Below, one piece after another: positions 44,526 to 51,978 of a DNA stretch of 64,000 nt. The stretch lies in the NCBI GenBank assembly GCA_021799485.1, contig JAJZAK010000001.1, forward strand, positions 34,458 to 98,457, given 5' to 3'. The notes under the pieces are model-generated. The model was not told the origin of the DNA, ran no database searches, and was given only the letters and a program-made list of their open reading frames with translations. The first letter of the stretch is position 1. Every line of letters begins with the position of its first letter. A program made the translations under genes and the position numbers. The DNA is from a bacterium. GTDB taxonomy: Bacteria; Elusimicrobiota; Elusimicrobia; UBA1565; UBA9628.

Positions 44526-45277
44526 AGCTTTCCGCGCCCCTCCGCGGCCTCCTGTGGATTCCCATCGTCTTCGGCGGCCGGCCCTCCTGGGCCGCGGAGC
44601 CGGCGGCGGGCGCCGTCGTCCATTCCGAGGTCTGGAGGGTTTCCCGGAAAAAGGGGCGCGAGATCGAATACTTCAAGGGCCATGTGCGCTACGAGGGAGC
44701 GGACGCGAAGCTCTCCGCGGACGAAGCGAGCTATGACCACGCGGACCAGCGATGGAAAGCCGCGGGCCGCGTGCGCCTCCGGCGCGTCCTTTCCTCGGGC
44801 GACATCGTCGACGCCCGGGGCGACCGCGGTTCCTACAGCCAGGAAACCGGCTCCGGCCGCCTCAACTCCCAAAGCGAGGTCATCATCAAGCGCACGCCGC
44901 GAGACGGAACCGCCCCTGATTTCGCCTCGGGGAAGGCTCTTTCGTGGAGAAAAATGGGGCAGGAGGGAACGCTTTCCGGCGGAGTCCGCGCCTGGGGCCC
45001 TCGGCTCAAGGCCTGGGCCCATTCGGCCGACTACGACCGCGCCAAAGGCTCGCTGACGCTCAACGGCGGAAGGCCCGTCGCCGAGAAGACGCCCTGGAAG
45101 CCCGGCGACTGGCGCGGGGCGGTCAAGGCGGACCGGATCGTGGCGACCCAACCGCCCGAGGCCGGAAGCGCCGACCGGCAGCCGCAAGGAGCGTCCTGGA
45201 AGCGCCTCGACGCCGACGGCCGGGCCGTCGGATGGATCTTTTTCCCGAGCACGAAGGAGCTGGCCCCGCGGCGATGA
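44522..45277 (+). CDS. lptA: LptA/OstA-like LPS-export periplasmic protein (putative)
   Basis: Signal peptide, OstA-like repeats (EYFKGHVRYEGADAKLSADEASYD...). Directly precedes lptB. Confidence 0.5.
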   Translation: MKLSAPLRGLLWIPIVFGGRPSWAAEPAAGAVVHSEVWRVSRKKGREIEYFKGHVRYEGADAKLSADEASYDHADQRWKAAGRVRLRRVLSSGDIVDARGDRGSYSQETGSGRLNSQSEVIIKRTPRDGTAPDFASGKALSWRKMGQEGTLSGGVRAWGPRLKAWAHSADYDRAKGSLTLNGGRPVAEKTPWKPGDWRGAVKADRIVATQPPEAGSADRQPQGASWKRLDADGRAVGWIFFPSTKELAPRR

Positions 45278-45993
45278 AGCTCGAGGCGAAGGGGCTGCGC
45301 AAGTTCTACGGCAAGCGCGAGGTGGTCAAGGGCATCAGCCTCTCCGTCTCCTCGGGCGAGATCGTGGGGCTTCTCGGACCCAACGGCGCCGGGAAGACGA
45401 CGACGTTCTACAGCTTGGCGGGCTTCATTCGCCCCGACGGCGGCGCGATCCTCATGGACGCCGACGAGGTGACCGCGCTCCCCATGTATGAACGGGCACG
45501 CCGGGGGCTTGGGTACCTGGCGCAGGAGCCGACCGTCTTTAGGGGATTGACGGTCGAGGAGAACCTCCGCGCGATTCTCGAGCGGACGGTCAAGAACCGC
45601 TTCGAGCGGATGCGCCGCGTCAAGGCGCTGCTCGACGAGTTCGGGCTCTGGAAGCTGAGGCGGCAGATCGCGCTGAGGCTGTCCGGCGGCGAGAAAAGGC
45701 GCCTCGAATGCGCCCGCGCCATGATCAACGAGCCCAAGCTGATCATGCTCGACGAGCCTTTCGTCGGGATCGATCCCATCACCGTCTCCGATCTGAAGGG
45801 CTTGATCCAAAAGCTCCGCGATCAGGGGATCGGGGTCCTCATCACCGACCACAACGTCCGGGAAGCCCTTCCGATCTTGGACCGCGCCTATCTGATCTAC
45901 GACGGGCAGATCCTCATCGCGGGAACGGCGAAGCAGCTCTTGGATGATCCGAAAGCCCGGGAACTCTACCTTGGGAAGGACTTCACCATTTAG
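45274..45993 (+). CDS. lptB: LPS export ABC transporter ATP-binding protein
   Basis: Walker A GPNGAGKTT, signature LSGGEKRRLE, Walker B IMLDEPF, and LptB-type C-terminus. Confidence 0.85.
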   Translation: MKLEAKGLRKFYGKREVVKGISLSVSSGEIVGLLGPNGAGKTTTFYSLAGFIRPDGGAILMDADEVTALPMYERARRGLGYLAQEPTVFRGLTVEENLRAILERTVKNRFERMRRVKALLDEFGLWKLRRQIALRLSGGEKRRLECARAMINEPKLIMLDEPFVGIDPITVSDLKGLIQKLRDQGIGVLITDHNVREALPILDRAYLIYDGQILIAGTAKQLLDDPKARELYLGKDFTI

Positions 45994-45999
45994 GCGTTA

Positions 46000-46221
46000 G
46001 GCTCCGTGACAGAATAATATGGACATTTGGAGGCCCCTATCCGAGCCGGATGCAAGGCGCGAGAAGCGAGCATACCGAGCGTATGGGAGCGATCGAGCAA
46101 CGCCGCAGGCGACCGGAGAGGGGCCTCCCGCAGCGGGCCGTCCGCTTTCGGTCTGCGACGTCGTTGCGCTCGCCTCGAAACTCGGATGGCCAAATCGTCC
46201 ATATTATTCTGTCACGGAGCC
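46000..46221. repeat. structured intergenic element copy B: 25-bp perfect terminal inverted repeat closing a GC-rich core homologous to copy A (15937-16201)
   Basis: ggctccgtgacagaataatatggac (46000-46024) is the exact reverse complement of gtccatattattctgtcacggagcc (46197-46221). Core ccggatgcaaggcgcgagaagcgagcatac...gagcgatcgagcaacgc...cccgcagcggg. Lies exactly between lptB stop (45993) and the convergent TPR gene stop (46222). Confidence 0.7.
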
Positions 46222-47199
46222 TTACGTGAACGACTCGATCGGCGTCAGGATGCCGGCCTTCCTTGAAACGCGAACCGCTCGTTCGTAGCGGGCCAATCCC
46301 TCGACCCTTCTTCCAGCCAAGTACCTCAAGGACGCCAGCGCCATGAGCGCGAGGACCTCCCCGCGGGTTTCCCGCGCTTTTTTGAACGCCGCCAAAGCTC
46401 TCAAGAAAAGCGGCTCGGCCAGCGCGGGGCGTCCCGAACGCCATTCGACCTGGCCAAGCCCCCAATTCACGTAGGCGCCGTCGACTTCGTCGCCAAGCTT
46501 CCGATAGAGGCGACCGGAAGACCGGTAATGGCGCCGTGCCTCGCCAAGCCGCCCCATCTGCCTGAGGGCGTTGGCCAGACCGCAATGGGAGTAAGCAAGG
46601 CCGAAAAGGTCCCCGTCCGCCCGCGCTTGGGAGAGCACGGACGCATAAAGGCGCCTCGATCCCTCCACGTCGCCGCGGATGCGCTTGAGCCCCGCGAGTC
46701 CCAAAACGGAATAACGCGCGCCGGAGGAATCGCGAGCTCGACGAAAAGACGCGAGAGACCTCTCAAAAGCCTCTTCCGCGGCCGCGAGCTTTCCGGAGAA
46801 CCGAAGAGCGCCTCCCATCGCCCACCAAACGAAGCCGACTCCCTCCCAGTCCTCGCGCCGTTGAAAAAGAGCGAGAAAAGCCTTGAGCCGGCGGAGGCTC
46901 TCGGCGTAGCGCCCCTCGGCCCGAAGGAGCATCGCCTCCTCGAGGCGGAGGAGCTCGATCTCCTCGGCGGCGCCCAAGCTCCGCGCCAGACGCAGCCCTC
47001 GTCGGATGTGGGCGCGCGAACGCGAGGCGAAACCGAGGCTTCTATTGATAGCGGCCAGGGCGCCATGCGCCTTGAGCCTGTCTTCCGCAACCGCGGCGCG
47101 CCGCCTCAAGACACGATTAAAGACGACCGCCGCCCGGGCCAGACGCCCCTCGCTCCTCAAGGCCTCCGCCCTTTCCAATAGGGATTCCATGCCAGCCAA
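46222..47199 (-). CDS. tetratricopeptide-repeat (TPR) protein
   Basis: Multiple 34-aa TPR-like units (…AEALRSEGRLARAAVVFNRVL…, …YAESLRRLKAFLALF…). Confidence 0.6.
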   Translation of the reverse strand: MAGMESLLERAEALRSEGRLARAAVVFNRVLRRRAAVAEDRLKAHGALAAINRSLGFASRSRAHIRRGLRLARSLGAAEEIELLRLEEAMLLRAEGRYAESLRRLKAFLALFQRREDWEGVGFVWWAMGGALRFSGKLAAAEEAFERSLASFRRARDSSGARYSVLGLAGLKRIRGDVEGSRRLYASVLSQARADGDLFGLAYSHCGLANALRQMGRLGEARRHYRSSGRLYRKLGDEVDGAYVNWGLGQVEWRSGRPALAEPLFLRALAAFKKARETRGEVLALMALASLRYLAGRRVEGLARYERAVRVSRKAGILTPIESFT

Positions 47200-47243
47200 G
47201 GGAAACGATACTAAATGTTGGAAGTTGGGACCCGACCGCCATT

Positions 47244-47262
47244 ATTGAAATTCTATTTCAAT
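47244..47262 (+). promoter_or_regulatory. AT-rich palindrome ATTGAAAT-tct-ATTTCAAT upstream of ZIP metal transporter gene: candidate metalloregulator (Zur/Fur-type) operator overlapping promoter
   Basis: 8-3-8 perfect inverted repeat 19-37 nt upstream of ATG 47281. TATGAT -10-like hexamer at 47269-47274. Confidence 0.4.
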
Positions 47263-47280
47263 TAAAGCTATGATCAGCGC

Positions 47281-48069
47281 ATGCCACTTCCCTATTTGCT
47301 GGGCATCGTCGCGGGGGGGACCATCTTCCTTGGGTTCCCCATTGTCGCCTGGTCCGGAACCGGCCCCAAGCTCCGGGGCTTCTTCAACGCCGTCTCGACG
47401 GGCATCCTTCTCTTCATCCTGGTCGAAATCGTCGAGAAGGTCATCGATCCCATCGAGGATCTCTTCGCGGCCCATGCGGGCGGCTTCAACAAGCTTCCCG
47501 ACGCCTTCTTCTATAGCGGGACCTTCCTCGGGGGCCTGGCGATCGGCCTTCTCGGCATGGCGCTCTTCGAAAAGTTCTTCCTCGAACGGAGCGCCGCGTC
47601 CGGAGAACCTCGGGCCTCGGGTCCGACCCATATCGCCCTCATGATCGCCTCGGGCATCGGCCTCCATAACCTGACGGAGGGCTTGGCGATCGCGCAGTCT
47701 TATGGCTGGGGCGACCGGGAACTCGCCTGGACGCTCGCGATCGGATTCGCCCTGCACAACGCGACGGAGGGCTTCGGCATCGCCGCCCCCCTCGACAGGG
47801 AACGCCGGCGCGACTGGAAGCTCCTTTTCGGGCTGGGACTTCTCGGGGGAGGACCCACTCTCGTGGGGGCGGTTCTAGGTAGTTTCTGGCAGTCCCACTT
47901 CTTCAACACGCTCTCGATGGCGCTCGCCGCCGGCGCCATTCTTTACGTCGTGGGAGAGCTCATCCATATCGGCCGCAACTTGAAGGGCCACATGGTCGTC
48001 GAGGCGGGGCTCATCACGGGTTTCACGGTCGCCTTCCTGACCGAGATGTTCATCGCCTGGGCCTCTTAA
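47281..48069 (+). CDS. zupT: ZIP-family divalent metal (zinc) transporter (ZupT-like)
   Basis: Two His-containing TM motifs, HNLTEGLAIA and HNATEGFGIA, typical of ZIP transporters. Confidence 0.8.
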   Translation: MPLPYLLGIVAGGTIFLGFPIVAWSGTGPKLRGFFNAVSTGILLFILVEIVEKVIDPIEDLFAAHAGGFNKLPDAFFYSGTFLGGLAIGLLGMALFEKFFLERSAASGEPRASGPTHIALMIASGIGLHNLTEGLAIAQSYGWGDRELAWTLAIGFALHNATEGFGIAAPLDRERRRDWKLLFGLGLLGGGPTLVGAVLGSFWQSHFFNTLSMALAAGAILYVVGELIHIGRNLKGHMVVEAGLITGFTVAFLTEMFIAWAS

Positions 48070-49519
48070 ACAATTCCCGGGCCGCGTCCAAGATGGCGCC
48101 GGTCGCGGACGGTCCGATCGAGTTCGTTTCCTCATAATGCCCGGGAAGGCGCGGCAGCATCAGGGCGTTCGACCGGATCTTAAAATCGTAGCCGGGTATG
48201 ATGTAGCCGATCTCGTCGTTGGCGAGACCGACGACCATGGTCACGGGAACCCCCAAAAAGCTCTGGAGATAGGGAGGCTTCGGCGCCCGGCTCAAGTCCG
48301 GCGGATTAAGGTTTCCGGGCGCGATCAGCGGATGGCCGAACGCATAGCGGCCGTCATAGCCCCCGATCACGAGCTCCGGAAATATCTCGCCCGGGATGCC
48401 GAGGATCGCGGCCTTTCCAATGGACAGTTCGGCGACTTCCGTCCGCACCCAAGGCAGGGAACTCTCGCTCAAGAGCCCCAACAGCCTCTCCAGGGGAATA
48501 GCCCAGCGCCTCCAAGGGGCAAGCGGCGCCCCCGAGCCGTCCAAAATCCGGTGGCCAAAGACAAGATGGGAAAGCATCAAAAGATAGCGGGAGTTCTCGA
48601 CGGGAAGAGAAACGACCTTTGACGCGGCCGAGAGGCGCGCGGAGGAAACGGCGAAGTCCGGCTTTTTGAGGAGCCTCCGGGCTTTCCGAGCGACGGCCCC
48701 GCCGATCCGAGCGGCCTCCGACCAGTCGTCGGCGCCCTTTTTCTTATCGGGAGTGAGCAGGCCTCCGATCGCCCCCGAAAGGTAGACGCAAGTCCCCCCC
48801 ATCCAGGCCTCCAAGTCGCGGCAAACATAGGCCGGGTAATCAGCCGTCAGCTCGAGATTATGCGGCCCGAGGACTTCGGGGTGGCAGGACCAGTTGACGA
48901 CGGTCGCGACGCTCTTGCCGGTCCTCGTCCGCAATCCCAGGACGGCTATCCGCGGGTCGATCACCACGGGATCCCGGCTGTCCCGGCAAAGCCCCCGGGG
49001 ATCGAGCGCCCCTTGGGCCCCGACCACGCCCACCACGACCATGCGCTTCTCAAGCCTCGCGAGCTCCGCCGCGATCGCTTTCTCTATGCGCGCGAGATAC
49101 CGGCCGTCGACGCCGGAAACGCCGGGCCACGGCCCCCAAAGCCCGAGCGTGTCGGGACCCGAGTGCGTGTGGGTCGCCGCGACGAAGAGAAAGGCTCCGG
49201 GCTTGTCGAAGCCCGAAAGCCGCCGAAGCTCCTGGACTTGACGGCGGAAAAACCCGATGAGATCCAAGGAGACGATTCCGACCTTGAGCCGTCCGTCGGA
49301 CAAAAGGAGAATCCGAGCCTCCAGAGGGTCGTGGACGCCCGTGGGGCGACGGCCCATGGAGCCGAAACCGGCCATATAGACATGTTCGACTCCCAGAATG
49401 GGGGTGATGTCCACCTTCCCGGCGGCCGCTTGCAACGCGCCGGCGGGACGAGCCGCCAAGAGACCAATCAGCGCGATGATTAGGAACATCAAGCTCGAAG
49501 GGATCGTCCGAGACGGCAT
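48050..49519 (-). CDS. neutral/alkaline ceramidase-like hydrolase, secreted (putative)
   Basis: Signal peptide, then AATHTHSGPDTLG and overall resemblance to the N-terminal catalytic domain of neutral ceramidases. Start set at internal Met (MPSRTIPSSLMFLIIALIGLL); assignment tentative. Confidence 0.5.
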   Translation of the reverse strand: MPSRTIPSSLMFLIIALIGLLAARPAGALQAAAGKVDITPILGVEHVYMAGFGSMGRRPTGVHDPLEARILLLSDGRLKVGIVSLDLIGFFRRQVQELRRLSGFDKPGAFLFVAATHTHSGPDTLGLWGPWPGVSGVDGRYLARIEKAIAAELARLEKRMVVVGVVGAQGALDPRGLCRDSRDPVVIDPRIAVLGLRTRTGKSVATVVNWSCHPEVLGPHNLELTADYPAYVCRDLEAWMGGTCVYLSGAIGGLLTPDKKKGADDWSEAARIGGAVARKARRLLKKPDFAVSSARLSAASKVVSLPVENSRYLLMLSHLVFGHRILDGSGAPLAPWRRWAIPLERLLGLLSESSLPWVRTEVAELSIGKAAILGIPGEIFPELVIGGYDGRYAFGHPLIAPGNLNPPDLSRAPKPPYLQSFLGVPVTMVVGLANDEIGYIIPGYDFKIRSNALMLPRLPGHYEETNSIGPSATGAILDAARELFKRPRR

Positions 49520-50172
49520 GACGTCAGGAGCGGGCAGCCTAGGCATCGGGGGGACGCTCGGCAATGACGCTTGGCGTGGGCGACCAGGAGGGCATGAAAC
49601 TCATTATATATCTCATGGCGCCGCGGCAGTTGCGATGCGCAAAATTTCTGCGCGTCGCTGTAGGACGCCTCCCTAAAGTAGCCCATACGGCTCATGATCC
49701 TCTTGGTGTAGGCGTCGATGACGAATACCGGGCGTCGGGCGGCGAAGAGGATGATCGAATCGGCCGTCTCGGGACCAATCCCCCAAATCCCGAGCAAATC
49801 CGGACGCAATCTCCGCGTCGGCTGCTCCAGATAATCGGAGAGCTTGGAAGATTTTCCAAGGATATGCTCCGCGAAGATGCGGAGCTTTTGGGCCTTCTGG
49901 CGGAAATACCCCGACGGCCGCACGAGATGCGCCAGCTTGGCCAAGGGGGCGCGACGAATATCCGACAGCCGCACAAGCCCGGAACGCCTAAGATTCGCCA
50001 AGGCCTTGGTGACATTCGTCCAAGCGGTGTTCTGAGTCAGGATCGCGCCCAGCGCAATCTCGGTTTGGCGGGCCTCGTCCAAAGGTCCGAAGAAGAGCGG
50101 GCGATACGTCGGCGTCGCGTCTCCCTCCGATGTGACGGGCCACCATCCCTGGGGGCCGTAGGCGGCCAACAA
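49489..50172 (-). CDS. HhH-GPD DNA glycosylase (endonuclease III-like) with 4Fe-4S cluster loop
   Basis: HhH-GPD region (LGIWGIGPETADSIILFA) and C-terminal CRASPRCLGCPLLTSC (C-x6-C-x2-C-x5-C). The upstream part of the ORF-track entry overlaps the response-regulator gene on the same strand, so the start is placed near TTG at about 50172; start uncertain. Confidence 0.55.
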   Translation of the reverse strand: MLAAYGPQGWWPVTSEGDATPTYRPLFFGPLDEARQTEIALGAILTQNTAWTNVTKALANLRRSGLVRLSDIRRAPLAKLAHLVRPSGYFRQKAQKLRIFAEHILGKSSKLSDYLEQPTRRLRPDLLGIWGIGPETADSIILFAARRPVFVIDAYTKRIMSRMGYFREASYSDAQKFCASQLPRRHEIYNEFHALLVAHAKRHCRASPRCLGCPLLTSCRLGRSLRA

Positions 50173-50212
50173 CGCGCGGTAGACGAGCCTCAGCGGGGGC
50201 GGAACAAACTGG

Positions 50213-50587
50213 TCAGCTCGGGCTTTGGAGGACTTTCTCGATTTTTTTGAAAAGACGGTCCGAGTCGAACGGCTTGATGATGTAATCGGTCGCTCCACTG
50301 GCGAATGCGGTCTCGACATCGCCCATGCGTCCCAATCCCGTCACGACGATGATTTTGACCTTCTGGGTCGCCGGGTCCGCCCTCAGGAGGCGGCAGACAT
50401 CAAAGCCGTCCATCTTGGGCAGCATGATGTCGAGAAGCATGACGTCGGGGCGATCCCGCTTCGCGGCCGCGACGGCCTGGGCGCCGTCCGCCACCCACTT
50501 CGTCTCGTAGCCCTTGGCCCGGAGAAGCGCCTCCAGGTTTTCGGCGACGGCCGGCTCGTCCTCGGCTATCAGAACCTTAACCGCCAT
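50213..50587 (-). CDS. single-domain response regulator (CheY-like receiver)
   Basis: KVLIAEDEPAV..., LLDIMLPKMDG (phospho-acceptor Asp), IIVVTGLG..., DYIIKPF. Confidence 0.85.
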   Translation of the reverse strand: MAVKVLIAEDEPAVAENLEALLRAKGYETKWVADGAQAVAAAKRDRPDVMLLDIMLPKMDGFDVCRLLRADPATQKVKIIVVTGLGRMGDVETAFASGATDYIIKPFDSDRLFKKIEKVLQSPS

Positions 50588-51368
50588 GAGTTTTCATCGT
50601 ATCATTTCGTCCCGACAGAGGCAAACGCAGGGCCAGAACGGCCGGACCGGTTCCCGGCGGAGCCACCGTCAGTTCTCCGCCCTGAAGACAAACGAGCCGG
50701 CGCACAAGCCCCAAGCCCCACCCGGACGTCATTTGGCCGCCCTTTCGCGCCGGGAAAAAAACGGAGGAGGCCTCCTTGATCGCCCTGTGTCCGTCGGGTT
50801 GGCTCTGGAAGGAGACTTTGATTTCCGCGTGAGAAATCCCCCAGGGATCGGCGGAGAGGAGAATGTCGCCCTCGGACCTATTTTTGCGTGCGTAAAAGAG
50901 AAGGCTCGACAGGAATCGGGCGGCCCTGTCCCGGTCCACTTTGACTTTCAAATCGGGGAGAGCTCCCGCCACGACGATGCGCATGCCCAACCGCGCGGCG
51001 CCGGGACTCTGGGCCGCCACGGCGTCGTCCACGAGCTCCTTGAGGGGAACGTCCTCGGAAAACGGATGGAGATCTCGAAGGAGAAAAAAATGGTTGAAGT
51101 CGCGGAACCCGCCCAGAAGCTCGGAGAGCCGAAGCGTTTGGTCGCGCAGAAGATCGAGCCATTCGCGCTGGGCCTTCGGGACCTCTCCGAAGAGGCCATC
51201 CACGAAATTGACGACGGTCATTTGGATCGCGGTCATGGGGGTGTTCATCTCGTGGATGCCATGAGAAAAAAACTTTCCCAGACGGCGGTAACGCCAAGCC
51301 CATAGGGCGCTCGCCGCGGCGGCGCCGACGGCGGCGCCGGCCAGAAGCCCCCAGGCAAAGCCGCTCAT
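50577..51368 (-). CDS. sensor histidine kinase (membrane-anchored)
   Basis: Start MSGFAWGLLAGAAV (ATGA overlap with upstream gene), H-box HGIHEMNTPMTAIQ and C-terminal ATPase G-boxes (GWGLGL). The N-terminal part of the 391-aa ORF-track entry is out-of-frame overlap and discarded. Confidence 0.75.
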   Translation of the reverse strand: MSGFAWGLLAGAAVGAAAASALWAWRYRRLGKFFSHGIHEMNTPMTAIQMTVVNFVDGLFGEVPKAQREWLDLLRDQTLRLSELLGGFRDFNHFFLLRDLHPFSEDVPLKELVDDAVAAQSPGAARLGMRIVVAGALPDLKVKVDRDRAARFLSSLLFYARKNRSEGDILLSADPWGISHAEIKVSFQSQPDGHRAIKEASSVFFPARKGGQMTSGWGLGLVRRLVCLQGGELTVAPPGTGPAVLALRLPLSGRNDTMKTHGG

Positions 51369-51889
51369 CTCTCGAAGACGACCCTGGATCGGGACGCGTG
51401 GCGCCGCGCGAGCTTGACGTAGGATTCGGCGCTGCGCTTGAGGACGTCCCTTTCCTTGGCCGTGAGAACCCGCGCCACCCGCGCCGGAGAGCCGAGGACA
51501 AGGCTGCGCGGCGGGATTTTCATGCCCGCAAGCACCAAGGCGCCGGCCGCGACGAGGCTCTCGGCCCCCACGTCCGCCTCCATGACGATCGCGCCCATGC
51601 CGATAAGGCAGCCGTTCCCTACCCGAGCCCCGTGAATGATAGCGCCGTGCCCCACCGTGACGCCCCGCCCCAGCGACGCCGGGAAGCCCTCCCTCCCATG
51701 AAGCACGGCCCCGTCCTGGATGTTGGTGCGCTCCCCGATCGTGATGCGGCACACATCCGCCCTCAGAACCGCGCCCGGCCAGACGGAAGCATCCCGGCCG
51801 ATCGACACCCGTCCCACGATCTCGGAGGCGTCGTGGACGAACGCCGAGGGATGGACGGACGGCTTGGCGGCTCCGAGAGCCCTAATCAT
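51365..51889 (-). CDS. gamma-class carbonic anhydrase / hexapeptide-repeat protein (YrdA/PaaY-like)
   Basis: Left-handed beta-helix hexapeptide repeats and His triad region (RITIGERTNIQDGAVLHG...GHGAIIHGARVG). Confidence 0.8.
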   Translation of the reverse strand: MIRALGAAKPSVHPSAFVHDASEIVGRVSIGRDASVWPGAVLRADVCRITIGERTNIQDGAVLHGREGFPASLGRGVTVGHGAIIHGARVGNGCLIGMGAIVMEADVGAESLVAAGALVLAGMKIPPRSLVLGSPARVARVLTAKERDVLKRSAESYVKLARRHASRSRVVFER

Positions 51890-51925
51890 TGTCCCGGCGT
51901 CCCGGCCTGCGACTCATAAAGTGTT

Positions 51926-51934
51926 TGATACAAT
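51926..51934 (+). promoter_or_regulatory. extended -10 element TGATACAAT about 45 nt upstream of uvrA
   Basis: AT-rich TGnTAnAAT motif. No LexA-like palindrome recognised nearby. Confidence 0.3.
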
Positions 51935-51978
51935 AGCAAAAGTAGGCCTTCGGCAATCAGCCGCCGGCATTTCCTCGC

